From NCBI RefSeq assembly GCF_044324785.1, contig NZ_CP172127.1: a stretch of DNA of 64,000 nucleotides. The stretch is one strand, 5' to 3'. Position 1 is the stretch's first letter; the number at the start of each line of letters is the position of its first letter. Origin of the DNA: Escherichia coli (GTDB lineage: Bacteria > Pseudomonadota > Gammaproteobacteria > Enterobacterales > Enterobacteriaceae). This document shows, piece after piece, positions 26,478 to 36,103 of the stretch. Position numbers and translations under genes: made by a program. The notes beneath the pieces are model-generated. The model saw only the letters and a list, made by a program, of their open reading frames with translations, was not told the origin of the DNA and ran no database searches.

Positions 26478-28917
26478 CAATGTAAAATTACAGGTATTGC
26501 TCAGGGCTGTTGACCAGGCATCCCGCCCGTTTAAATCCATCCGCACAGCGAGCAAATCGCTGTCGGGGGATATCCGGGAAACACAAAAATCACTGCGCGA
26601 GCTGAACGGTCACGCATCCCGTATTGAGGGATTCCGCAAGACCAGTGCACAGCTCGCCGTGACTGGTCAGGAACTGAAAAAAGCCAGACAGGAAGCCGCA
26701 GCTCTGGCTGTCCAGTTTAAAAATACTGAACGACCGACAAATGCACAGGCAAAGGCAATGGAAGCCGCGCGTAAAAATGCGTCTGAGTTACAGGTGAAAT
26801 ATAACAGCCTGAGATTGTCGGTACAGCGCCAGCGTCAGGAATTGAGTCAGGCGGGTATTAATACCCGTAATCTGGCGCATGATGAACGAGGACTGAAAAA
26901 CCGTATCAGTGAAACCACCGCACAGCTTAACCGGCAGCGTGACGCGCTGGCGCGTGTCAGTGCACAACAGGCAAAACTTAACGCAGTAAAACAGCGTTAT
27001 CAGGCCGGAAAGGAACTGGCCGGAAATATGGCCTCGGTGGGCGCTGCCGGTGTGGGGATTGCGGCGGCGGGAACGATGGCCGGAGTTAAGCTGCTGATGC
27101 CCGGTTATGAGTTTGCGCAGAAAAACTCAGAATTGCAGGCCGTGCTCGGTGTGGCAAAAGACTCCACCGAAATGGCTGCACTACGCAAGCAGGCGCGTCA
27201 GCTCGGCGACAATACCGCAGCCTCGGCAGATGATGCAGCTGGTGCGCAGATTATTATTGCGAAAGCCGGTGGGGATGTTGATGCCATTCAGGCGGCAACG
27301 CCGGTCACGCTGAATATGGCGCTGGCGAACCGTCGCACAATGGAAGAAAACGCCGCCCTGCTGATGGGGATGAAATCCGCCTTTCAGCTTTCAAACGATA
27401 AGGTCGCTCATATCGGGGATGTTCTCTCCATGACGATGAACAAAACCGCCGCTGATTTTGACGGCATGAGCGATGCGCTGACCTATACCGCACCAGTGGC
27501 AAAAAATGCCGGTGTCAGCATTGAAGAAACCGCCGCAATGGTCGGGGCGCTGCATGATGCAAAAATCACAGGCTCAATGGCGGGGACGGGAAGCCGTGCC
27601 GTGTTAAGCCGCCTGCAGGCACCGACGGGAAAAGCATGGGATGCACTCAAAGAGCTTGGTGTGAAAACCTCAGACAGCAAGGGAAACACCCGACCAGTAT
27701 TTACCATTCTGAAAGAAATGCAGGCCAGTTTTGAGAAAAACCGGCTCGGTACTGCCCAGCAGGCTGAATACATGAAAACCATTTTCGGGGAGGAGGCCAG
27801 TTCAGCCGCCGCCGTGCTGATGACTGCCGCCTCAACCGGAAAGCTGGACAAACTGACCGCTGCGTTTAAAGCCTCAGACGGAAAGACCGCAGAGCTGGTA
27901 AATATCATGCAGGACAACCTCGGCGGTGAATTTAAGGAGTTTCAGTCCGCTTATGAGGCGGTGGGGACTGACCTGTTTGACCAGCAGGAAGGCGCACTGC
28001 GTAAGCTCACGCAGACGGCCACAAAGTATGTGTTAAAACTCGACGGCTGGATCCAGAAAAACAAATCACTGGCGTCAACCATCGGCCTCATTGTCGGTGG
28101 CGCGCTGGCGCTTATTGGCATCATCGGTGCCATTGGTCTGGTAGCCTGGCCGGTTATCACCGGCATCAATGCCATCATCGCGGCAGCAGGCGCAATGGGG
28201 GCAATCTTCACGACGGTTGGCAGTGCTGTTATGACCGCCATCGGGGCGATTAGCTGGCCGGTTGTGGCCGTGGTGGCCGCAATTGTCGCCGGGGCGTTGC
28301 TTATCCGTAAATACTGGGAGCCTGTCAGCGCATTCTTTGGCGGTGTGGTTGAAGGGCTGAAAGTGGCATTTGCGCCGGTGGGGGAACTGTTCACGCCACT
28401 TAAGCCGGTGTTTGACTGGCTGGGTGAAAAGTTACAGGCCGCGTGGCAGTGGTTTAAAAACCTGATTGCCCCGGTCAAAGCCACTCAGGACACCCTGAAC
28501 AGTTGCCGTGACACGGGGGTCATGTTCGGGCAGGCACTGGCTGACGCGCTGATGCTGCCGCTTAATGTGTTCAACAAACTGCGCAGCGGTATTGACTGGG
28601 TACTGGAAAAACTCGGCGTCATCAACAAAGAGTCTGACGCACTTGACCAGACTGCCGCCAGAACTCATGCCGCCACGTATGGCACAGGTGATTATATTCC
28701 GGCGACCGGCTCTTATGCGGGGTATCAGGCTTACCAGCCGGTCACGGCACCGGCTGGCCGCTCTTATGTGGACCAGAGTAAAAACGAATATCACATCAAT
28801 CTGACGGGCGGTACTGCGCCGGGGACACAGCTCGACCGCCATTTACAGGATGCGCTCGAAAAATACGAGCGGGATAAACGTGCGCGCGCCCGTGCCAGCA
28901 TGATGCATGACGGTTAA
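26470..28917 (+). CDS. T: Tail tape measure protein gpT (815 aa)
   Basis: Size, coiled-coil N-terminus, hydrophobic glycine/alanine-rich central segment. Confidence 0.9.
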   Translation: MSNNVKLQVLLRAVDQASRPFKSIRTASKSLSGDIRETQKSLRELNGHASRIEGFRKTSAQLAVTGQELKKARQEAAALAVQFKNTERPTNAQAKAMEAARKNASELQVKYNSLRLSVQRQRQELSQAGINTRNLAHDERGLKNRISETTAQLNRQRDALARVSAQQAKLNAVKQRYQAGKELAGNMASVGAAGVGIAAAGTMAGVKLLMPGYEFAQKNSELQAVLGVAKDSTEMAALRKQARQLGDNTAASADDAAGAQIIIAKAGGDVDAIQAATPVTLNMALANRRTMEENAALLMGMKSAFQLSNDKVAHIGDVLSMTMNKTAADFDGMSDALTYTAPVAKNAGVSIEETAAMVGALHDAKITGSMAGTGSRAVLSRLQAPTGKAWDALKELGVKTSDSKGNTRPVFTILKEMQASFEKNRLGTAQQAEYMKTIFGEEASSAAAVLMTAASTGKLDKLTAAFKASDGKTAELVNIMQDNLGGEFKEFQSAYEAVGTDLFDQQEGALRKLTQTATKYVLKLDGWIQKNKSLASTIGLIVGGALALIGIIGAIGLVAWPVITGINAIIAAAGAMGAIFTTVGSAVMTAIGAISWPVVAVVAAIVAGALLIRKYWEPVSAFFGGVVEGLKVAFAPVGELFTPLKPVFDWLGEKLQAAWQWFKNLIAPVKATQDTLNSCRDTGVMFGQALADALMLPLNVFNKLRSGIDWVLEKLGVINKESDALDQTAARTHAATYGTGDYIPATGSYAGYQAYQPVTAPAGRSYVDQSKNEYHINLTGGTAPGTQLDRHLQDALEKYERDKRARARASMMHDG

Positions 28918-28931
28918 GGAGGTGACGAAAA

Positions 28932-29411
28932 ATGATGCTCGCGTTAGGTATGTTTGTTTTTATGCGCCAGACGCTGCCACACCAGACCATGCAGCGTGAA
29001 TCAGATTATCGCTGGCCGTCAAATTCCCGTATCGGTAAACGGGACGCCTACCAGTTTCTCGGTGTGGGTGAGGAAAACATCACGCTTGCCGGTGTGCTTT
29101 ATCCAGAACTGACCGGCGGCAAGCTGACGATGACCACGCTCAGGCTGATGGCAGAGGAAGGCCGGGCGTGGCCGTTGCTGGATGGCACCGGCATGATTTA
29201 CGGCATGTATGTCATCAGCAGGGTGAGTGAAACAGGGAGTATTTTCTTTGCAGACGGCACACCCCGGAAAATTGATTTTACGTTGTCGCTCACCCGCGTT
29301 GATGAATCACTGGCCGCGCTTTATGGCGATATCGGTAAACAGGCGGAATCGCTCATCGGTAAGGCTGGCAGTATGGCGACTAAATTCACGGGTATGACGG
29401 GGGCGGGATAA
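28932..29411 (+). CDS. U: Tail protein gpU (159 aa)
   Basis: Position and size. Confidence 0.9.
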   Translation: MMLALGMFVFMRQTLPHQTMQRESDYRWPSNSRIGKRDAYQFLGVGEENITLAGVLYPELTGGKLTMTTLRLMAEEGRAWPLLDGTGMIYGMYVISRVSETGSIFFADGTPRKIDFTLSLTRVDESLAALYGDIGKQAESLIGKAGSMATKFTGMTGAG

Positions 29412-30574
29412 TGCTGGACGCGCTGACATTTGATGCAGGCAGTACGCTGACGCCGGATTACATGCTGATGCTCGACAGCAGGGATATTACCGGCAATATC
29501 AGCGACCGTCTGATGAGCATGACCCTGACGGATAACCGGGGCTTTGAGGCTGACCAGCTTGATATTGAACTGAACGATGCCGACGGGCAGGTCGGGCTGC
29601 CGGTTCGTGGCGCTGTCCTGACGGTGTATATCGGCTGGAAAGGTTTTGCCCTGGTATGCAAAGGGAAATTTACCGTTGATGAGGTTGAACACCGGGGCGC
29701 ACCGGATGTGGTCACCATCCGCGCCCGGAGTGCAGATTTCCGCGGGACGCTCAATTCCCGCCGTGAAGGCTCCTGGCATGACACCACGCTCGGTGCGATT
29801 GTTGAGGCGATAGCCTCCCGTAACAGACTGGAAGCCAGTGTCGCTCCGTCACTGGCCGGAATTAAAATCCCGCACATCGACCAGTCGCAGGAGTCTGATG
29901 CGAAATTCCTGACCCGTCTTGCAGAACGCAACGGCGGTGAGGTGTCGGTAAAAATGGGAAAACTGCTGTTTCTCAAAGCGGGGCAGGGGGTGACTGCCAG
30001 CGGTAAAAAAATCCCGCAGATTACCATCACCCGCAGCGACGGTGACCGTCATCATTTTGCGATTGCTGACCGTGGCGCCTATACCGGCGTAACGGCAAAG
30101 TGGTTACACACCAAAGACCCGAAGCCACAAAAGCAGAAGGTAAAACTGAAACGCAAAAAGAAAGAGAAACACCTGCGCGCACTGGAGCACCCGAAAGCGA
30201 AACCAGTCACGCAGAAGAAAGCGCCAAAAGTACCGGAAGCACGCGAAGGTGAATACATGGCTGGTGAGGCTGACAACGTTTTTGCCCTGACCACGGTATA
30301 TGCCACGAAAGCGCAGGCCATGCGCGCCGCTCAGGCGAAGTGGGATAAGCTGCAACGGGGCGTTGCGGAGTTCTCCATCAGTCTGGCTACTGGTCGGGCA
30401 GATATTTACACGGAAACGCCGGTCAAAGTGTCAGGCTTTAAGCGCGTCATAGACGAGCAGGACTGGACAATCACTAAGGTGACACATTTTCTGAATAATA
30501 GCGGCTTCACGACGTCCTTAGAGCTTGAGGTCAGGCTTTCTGATGTGGAGTACGAAACAGAAGATGATGAGTGA
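29411..30574 (+). CDS. D: Tail protein gpD (387 aa)
   Basis: Position and size. Start overlaps the U stop. Confidence 0.9.
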   Translation: MLDALTFDAGSTLTPDYMLMLDSRDITGNISDRLMSMTLTDNRGFEADQLDIELNDADGQVGLPVRGAVLTVYIGWKGFALVCKGKFTVDEVEHRGAPDVVTIRARSADFRGTLNSRREGSWHDTTLGAIVEAIASRNRLEASVAPSLAGIKIPHIDQSQESDAKFLTRLAERNGGEVSVKMGKLLFLKAGQGVTASGKKIPQITITRSDGDRHHFAIADRGAYTGVTAKWLHTKDPKPQKQKVKLKRKKKEKHLRALEHPKAKPVTQKKAPKVPEAREGEYMAGEADNVFALTTVYATKAQAMRAAQAKWDKLQRGVAEFSISLATGRADIYTETPVKVSGFKRVIDEQDWTITKVTHFLNNSGFTTSLELEVRLSDVEYETEDDE

Positions 30575-30655
30575 TGTCTTTATTTTATCTGTTTGTTTTA
30601 TAAGGATAAATTAACTAAAATGGCACCATCAACAAAACCGGAAGAGGTGCTCGCG

Positions 30656-30874
30656 ATGTTTCATTGTCCTTTATGCCAGCATGCCGCACATGCGCGTACA
30701 AGCCGCTATATCACTGACACGACAAAAGAGCGTTATCACCAGTGTCAGAACGTGAATTGCAGCGCCACGTTCATCACTTATGAGTCGTTACAGCGATACA
30801 TCGTGAAGCCGGGAGAAGTCCACGCCGTAAGACCGCACCCGTTGCCGTCAGGGCAGCAAATTATGTGGATGTAA
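30656..30874 (+). CDS. ogr: Late gene transcriptional activator Ogr, zinc finger (72 aa)
   Basis: MFHCPLCQHAAHARTSRY...CQNVNCSATF with a four-Cys zinc motif. ORF track start at 30593 trimmed to the internal Met. Confidence 0.9.
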   Translation: MFHCPLCQHAAHARTSRYITDTTKERYHQCQNVNCSATFITYESLQRYIVKPGEVHAVRPHPLPSGQQIMWM

Positions 30875-30885
30875 TTACAAACAGG

Positions 30886-30911
30886 AAGCCCCTCAGTCGA
30901 GGGGCTTTTTT
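30886..30911 (+). terminator. Rho-independent terminator after ogr
   Basis: Hairpin AGCCCCTC-AGTC-GAGGGGCT followed by a T6 run. Confidence 0.7.
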
Positions 30912-30975
30912 GTCGATGTGGTCAATGTGTGGACGTGACCAGAAATAAATCCTTTTATTTCATTGTATTACGCGT

Positions 30976-31002
30976 AAAAAATAAGCCCGTGTAAGGGAGA
31001 TT
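30976..31002. other. attR: Prophage attR core (P2 27-bp att core AAAAAATAAGCCCGTGTAAGGGAGATT)
   Basis: Exact 27-mer at the junction between ogr and the host gene yegQ. Coincides with the 3' end of cyaR. The P2 core sequence is recalled from memory. Confidence 0.7.
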
Positions 31003-31062
31003 ACACAGGCTAAGGAGGTGGTTCCTGGTACAGCTAGCATTTTATGGGTTATGTTTTTCAGC
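30976..31062 (-). ncRNA. cyaR: CyaR (RyeE) Hfq-dependent small RNA, 87 nt
   Basis: Minus strand reads GCTGAAAAACATAACCCATAAAATGCTAGCTGTACCAGGAACCACCTCCTTAGCCTGTGTAATCTCCCTTACACGGGCTTATTTTTT: a CCUCCUU seed loop and a terminal hairpin with U-run. Lies between yegQ and the prophage end, as in K-12. Confidence 0.85.
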
Positions 31063-31146
31063 GAAACGGATGATAACCTTAATAAATGCAGCTGTATGTG
31101 ATCGGTTTCTAAGAATTTTCCATCCGGGAAAAATAATCGAAATTAA

Positions 31147-32508
31147 TCACTTACCGTGGGGGTTACGCGTGGTTTCCCCGGAGAAATTACGCATCAGCAG
31201 CGCGTAATTTAGCTCAAGATCCTGCGGCACCGGGATCCACACAGTATAACCATCGCCCGGTGCGACCGGCATTGCTTCGCCTTTGGCGTTTTCCATGTGC
31301 TCAAGGGTAAAGTTAATGTTCCCTTGCGGCGTCATCAGCTCAAGGCTGTCGCCAACGGAGAATTTATTTTTCACCGCTACCGCCGCGAGGTCGCCCTTGC
31401 GCTCACCGGTAAACTCACCAACAAACTGCTGGCGGTCAGAAACTGAATAACCGTATTCGTAGTTCTGATAATCGTCGTGAGTATGACGACGCAGGAAACC
31501 TTCGGTATAGCCACGATGCGCCAGACCTTCCAGAGTTTCCAGCAGGCTGGTATCGAACGGTTTGCCCGCAGCGGCGTCATCGATAGCTTTACGGTAAACC
31601 TGTGCGGTGCGTGCGCAATAGTAGAAAGATTTAGTACGGCCTTCGATTTTCAGCGAATGCACGCCCATTTTGGTCAGGCGTTCAACGTGGGCGATAGCGC
31701 GCAGATCTTTCGAGTTCATGATGTAAGTGCCGTGCTCATCTTCAAACGCGGTCATATACTCGCCCGGACGCTGGGCTTCTTCGATCATAAACACTTTGTC
31801 GGTTGGCGCGCCGATACCCAGCGTCGGCTCAACATTTTGCACCGGAATCGGCTCGTACTTGTGCACGATGTTGCCAACGTCATCTTCTTTCCCTTCCTGG
31901 ACGTTGTACTCCCAGCGGCAGGCGTTGGTGCAGGTGCCCTGGTTCGGGTCGCGCTTGTTGATATAGCCAGAGAGCAGGCAGCGACCGGAGTAGGCCATGC
32001 ACAGCGCGCCGTGAACGAAGATTTCGATCTCCATATCTGGCACCTGATTGCGGATCTCTTCAATCTCTTCCAGCGACAGCTCGCGAGAGAGGATCACGCG
32101 GGTCAGGCCCATTTGCTGCCAGAATTTCACCGTCGCCCAGTTCACGGCGTTAGCCTGTACCGAGAGATGGATCGGCATTTCAGGGAAGTGCTCACGCACC
32201 AGCATAATCAGCCCAGGATCGGACATTATCAGCGCATCCGGCCCCATTTCCACCACCGGTTTCAGGTCACGGATAAAGGTTTTCAGCTTGGCGTTGTGCG
32301 GTGCAATGTTGACCACGACATAAAACTTTTTCCCCAGCGCATGGGCTTCATTAATGCCGAGCTGAAGATTTTCGTGGTTGAATTCGTTGTTGCGCACACG
32401 CAGGGAGTAACGCGGCTGGCCCGCATAAACAGCATCTGCGCCATAAGCGAAAGCGTAACGCATATTTTTCAGCGTTCCCGCCGGGGAAAGGAGTTCCGGT
32501 TTAAACAT
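31147..32508 (-). CDS. yegQ: Peptidase U32-family protein YegQ (RlhA, 23S rRNA hydroxycytidine synthase), 453 aa
   Basis: Full-length translation is recognisable as E. coli YegQ. Confidence 0.9.
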   Translation of the reverse strand: MFKPELLSPAGTLKNMRYAFAYGADAVYAGQPRYSLRVRNNEFNHENLQLGINEAHALGKKFYVVVNIAPHNAKLKTFIRDLKPVVEMGPDALIMSDPGLIMLVREHFPEMPIHLSVQANAVNWATVKFWQQMGLTRVILSRELSLEEIEEIRNQVPDMEIEIFVHGALCMAYSGRCLLSGYINKRDPNQGTCTNACRWEYNVQEGKEDDVGNIVHKYEPIPVQNVEPTLGIGAPTDKVFMIEEAQRPGEYMTAFEDEHGTYIMNSKDLRAIAHVERLTKMGVHSLKIEGRTKSFYYCARTAQVYRKAIDDAAAGKPFDTSLLETLEGLAHRGYTEGFLRRHTHDDYQNYEYGYSVSDRQQFVGEFTGERKGDLAAVAVKNKFSVGDSLELMTPQGNINFTLEHMENAKGEAMPVAPGDGYTVWIPVPQDLELNYALLMRNFSGETTRNPHGK

Positions 32509-32709
32509 AATTCTCTCGTTCTGATGACAGGTCAGATCCGCTTCACCTGATGAAGCGGCCAGGGGAGTGCCCCCACTTTAAGGGCGGGCATTGTAGCGCA
32601 ATCGTTGGGGTTGGCTCCAGTGTAATTGTGATGAGCTTTTCGATGCCTGGCGTACAATTGACATCAGAATTGAGTATATTTACGACCGTGAATGCTAAGG
32701 AGTTAAAAC

Positions 32710-33315
32710 ATGTGGATGTTAAAGAAGGGAATCACGCTGGCTCTGTTGGTTCTGTTTTCTCTGCCCGCTACTGCCGGTCTTTCGCTGGAGGAGACTGCTC
32801 GTAAGGTGATTATCGGCTTTCAGCAAAAAGATGCTCAATTAATCAACTCGTTAATTGATAAAAAAACGGGGTTGTATGTTCTCTTCCAGCGTGGCGCTTC
32901 GATGGATGTCGAAAATTTTAAGTCAATTGATTTTAAAACGCCTGTTCCCGAGTATTTGCTGTGGCCTTCGGCAGGGGAACATATTCCGCGAGATGAAGAG
33001 TTTGATAAGAAAACTATCCCGGAATTTGACTGTGAACGTGGTTGGAATAAGCACGGATATTTTATTAGCAGCAGCGATACACACCATAAAGTCAGCCGTA
33101 ATTTGGTCTTCACGCAGATGTTTGGTTCACCGCGAAACACTATTTCTGATGCGCAGATTGCCGCAGCGCGTCGAATGGAGTACGGGGCCGTGCGTGTGGT
33201 CGCTGCGCCAGAAGGGGGTAGCGATGGACTGGTATTTTATTTAAGTCAACTTTACGGTTATGACCGTGACTGGTATCTGACGGTGGTGGATCAGATTGGT
33301 GATTGTGGGGCGTGA
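32710..33315 (+). CDS. Hypothetical secreted protein (201 aa)
   Basis: N-terminal signal peptide MLKKGITLALLVLFSLPATA. No recognisable family. In an islet that, as far as I recall, is absent from the K-12 yegP-yegQ interval. Confidence 0.6.
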   Translation: MWMLKKGITLALLVLFSLPATAGLSLEETARKVIIGFQQKDAQLINSLIDKKTGLYVLFQRGASMDVENFKSIDFKTPVPEYLLWPSAGEHIPRDEEFDKKTIPEFDCERGWNKHGYFISSSDTHHKVSRNLVFTQMFGSPRNTISDAQIAAARRMEYGAVRVVAAPEGGSDGLVFYLSQLYGYDRDWYLTVVDQIGDCGA

Positions 33316-33345
33316 TAAAGATTTATTCGCCCGCAAGCAGTGATG

Positions 33346-34746
33346 CTATTTAAAAGGTATGTAACCCCTTAATCTGTTGTGAAGTTCCGGATTGCGGGTA
33401 AAAAGCGCCTGAAGTTGCTGACGCTGGGGAGCATTCGGTTGAATGCCCGAAAGATTGAAATTGCGTTGCCATATTGCGAGCTGTTTATCTGCAAATTCTT
33501 CAGTTAGTTTGTGTTGCGATTGCAGAAGAAGAATTAAACCGTCCCATTTGTTCAAGTTATGATACAACCGACAATATGCGCAAGCATGTTTAACTGACGG
33601 TGCGTTTTCCAGCAACTGACGTATTTCCTCGAACGTGAGCGGAACGCGACACCATACACAGATGTTAACCATAAATCGAAGCCCGGAGGCGTCCGGGTTA
33701 GCCAGTGTGGTCAGAATAATCCCTTTGGCACCACCATCAGGATTGGCTTTCGCAAGAATATACATAGCGGCTAATCGCAGTGGGAATACATCCTGTGATA
33801 ATCCCCATTCAGCCAGTTTTAAAATATTGGCATCATGAATGGAGTCCAGCCCGTATAAAGCTGCCCGGCGCTGTGAGGGAGTATATTCAGTCGAGGTGAC
33901 AACATGACGCCAGAATTGCGCAACATCCATGACGTCATTAAGCATGTTTTTAGCGCGTAGACGGATCAACATATTGTTATCCAGCAGTAATGCGCTGTAC
34001 AACGCCGGAGGAATTTCTATAGCTCGGTCAGTAAGGCTAAACAACGTTGCTTGTCGAATACGCGGCCAGCGGTCTTTTAACAGACGAGTTAATACCGCTT
34101 CGCTTAACGGTAATTGTTGACGCAGCCAGTGGGTGACCGCCAGCATTCGTAAACCTTCGTCGGGCTGCTTGAGTATTAAAAGCAGCGAAGATTCATCATT
34201 AAAGTAGCCATATTCAATCAGCGTTTGTAATACTGCGCGGGAGAGTTTTTTATCAGGGCAAGTAAGCCAACACGTTAATTGTGGACGGCTATTTTCTGTC
34301 AATAAAAATCTAAGTATCTCGTCTACAAATGCACGGTGATCGTAACGCTGGCATTGGAGAAGGTTACGTATCATGGGAAGATTAACGGCAAATGCCGCTG
34401 CATTCTTATCCTTCTTTAAATGACGTAACGCTATGGTTGCAGCAAGGCGAACCTCTTTTACCCAGTCATTAGCTGCAAGTAATAATTCTTCTATAGCTGC
34501 AACATCCTCTTTTTGTCCCAGACATTGCACGGCCTTTTCTCGTATATATCCATTGTGGTGATGGGTAAGCTGGCAAAGAACCAGAGTATCGTTGAGATCA
34601 CAATCATGCGCTATATAATTGCCTGGATCGGCTATCATCGCCTGGAGTTGTTGCTGGATAAGAAATAATTCACAGTCAACAGAATTATTCATTTCGACAT
34701 TAAACAAAACCCTGCGTGTAAATAATGTACGCAATCCTTTGAGCAT
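33346..34746 (-). CDS. Hypothetical HEAT/ARM-like repeat protein (466 aa)
   Basis: Recurrent approximately VRxxAxxAL helical-repeat signatures (KEVRLAATIALRHL, WPRIRQATLFSL, FPLRLAAMYILAK). Lower GC than flanking core genes. Confidence 0.6.
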   Translation of the reverse strand: MLKGLRTLFTRRVLFNVEMNNSVDCELFLIQQQLQAMIADPGNYIAHDCDLNDTLVLCQLTHHHNGYIREKAVQCLGQKEDVAAIEELLLAANDWVKEVRLAATIALRHLKKDKNAAAFAVNLPMIRNLLQCQRYDHRAFVDEILRFLLTENSRPQLTCWLTCPDKKLSRAVLQTLIEYGYFNDESSLLLILKQPDEGLRMLAVTHWLRQQLPLSEAVLTRLLKDRWPRIRQATLFSLTDRAIEIPPALYSALLLDNNMLIRLRAKNMLNDVMDVAQFWRHVVTSTEYTPSQRRAALYGLDSIHDANILKLAEWGLSQDVFPLRLAAMYILAKANPDGGAKGIILTTLANPDASGLRFMVNICVWCRVPLTFEEIRQLLENAPSVKHACAYCRLYHNLNKWDGLILLLQSQHKLTEEFADKQLAIWQRNFNLSGIQPNAPQRQQLQALFTRNPELHNRLRGYIPFK

Positions 34747-34868
34747 AATTTTCCTTATCAGTTATGAGGAGAAAACTCATTTCATGATTAATAATTTCTT
34801 GAGGGATAGTAACTCTGTGGTGAGAGAAAATAAAGCCGGACGCCAACAACCCACGCCCGGCATCGTAA

Positions 34869-35201
34869 TTACGTATTGTCTTTCACCGTCTGGCTTGTGC
34901 CATTGGCTTTAACGGAGGCAATTCCGGTTTCACGAGATTGCGCGGTGGCGTACATCTGGCTGGAGCCGATAATTTGATGATTGGCGGCTTTCAGATTGAA
35001 ATAGAATTTGCCGTTGCTTGCCGTTTTTTTCTCATAGCGTTCTTCTTGCGGGCTGTTGCTACGCACCGACGCGATGCCCTTTTCCGCAGAGGCTTTTGAT
35101 GTATACAGCTCGCTGGTGAGGATAGTCTCACCATTGCCCGCTTTTAGCACAAACCGAAATTGATTATCACTGCTCTTACTGAGTTCAAACCAACCAGCCA
35201 T
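34869..35201 (-). CDS. yegP: DUF1508-family protein YegP (110 aa)
   Basis: MAGWFELSKSSDNQFRFVLKAGNGE.... ORF track start at 35240 trimmed. Confidence 0.85.
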   Translation of the reverse strand: MAGWFELSKSSDNQFRFVLKAGNGETILTSELYTSKASAEKGIASVRSNSPQEERYEKKTASNGKFYFNLKAANHQIIGSSQMYATAQSRETGIASVKANGTSQTVKDNT

Positions 35202-35380
35202 AATGACTCCTTGATTGAAATTGCGTATCGAAAACAGCATCTAAAAGGACTGTTTACCGATTAAAGTATGAGCGATTTTCTGGTGCCTGCCAGGGCGAAG
35301 AGATAATGTCAGTTTGCTGACCATGCGTGGAATAATGTTGCCGGATGCGGCGTGAATGCCTTCTCCGGCAGGTAAAAATG

Positions 35381-36103
35381 TTAAACGATGCGGCAGGCGT
35401 CGGCTTCCCAGCGGTAACCGACGCCGTAAACGGCGCGGATAAATGACTGTTCGGCGTCGAGAGATTCCAGCTTGCGACGCAGGTTTTTAATGTGGCTGTC
35501 GATGGTGCGGTCGGTTACTACGCGGTAGTCGTCATAAAGATGATTGAGCAATTGCTCGCGGGAGAACACTTTTCCTGGTTCATGAGAGAGCGTTTTCAGC
35601 AGACGAAATTCCGCAGGCGTCAGGTCAAGCATTTTACCGCGCCATGAAGCCTGAAAACGACCTTCGTCGATAATCAACGGGCTTTCAGCATCCTGTTGCT
35701 GCAACTCACGCTGCGGTTTGCAACGGCGCAAAATGGTTTTGACGCGCGCTACCACTTCCCGTGGGCTGTACGGTTTGCAGATGTAGTCATCTGCGCCAAT
35801 TTCCAGCCCCAGCAGGCGGTCGATCTCTTCGATTTTTGCTGTCACCATCACGATCGGAATGTCAGAAAAATGACGAATCTCCCGACACAGCGTCAGGCCA
35901 TCGGTACCTGGCAGCATCAGATCGAGCAGGATCAGATCCGGCGGCGACTGGTGAACGTAGGGCAGTACCTGATCGCCGTGGCTGATAAGCGTCGGCGCAT
36001 AGCTCGCAGCACGCAGATAATCAATGAGCAACTGCCCCAGCTTCGGTTCATCTTCCACGATCAAAATACGCGGTGTGTTTTCGTCGATTGGTAACTCGGT
36101 CAT
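35381..36103 (-). CDS. baeR: Envelope-stress response regulator BaeR (240 aa)
   Basis: OmpR-family receiver plus winged-helix domains. Overlaps the baeS stop. Confidence 0.95.
   Translation of the reverse strand: MTELPIDENTPRILIVEDEPKLGQLLIDYLRAASYAPTLISHGDQVLPYVHQSPPDLILLDLMLPGTDGLTLCREIRHFSDIPIVMVTAKIEEIDRLLGLEIGADDYICKPYSPREVVARVKTILRRCKPQRELQQQDAESPLIIDEGRFQASWRGKMLDLTPAEFRLLKTLSHEPGKVFSREQLLNHLYDDYRVVTDRTIDSHIKNLRRKLESLDAEQSFIRAVYGVGYRWEADACRIV

Noticed and set aside
30960-31070. tRNA gene as the prophage integration target
   Set aside because: The sequence at attR gives no cloverleaf, but it does match cyaR end to end, so it is annotated as an sRNA instead.
31477-32550. 357-aa plus-strand ORF antisense to yegQ
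   Set aside because: Entirely within and opposite to a conserved core gene. A long open frame of this kind is expected by chance in GC-rich coding DNA.
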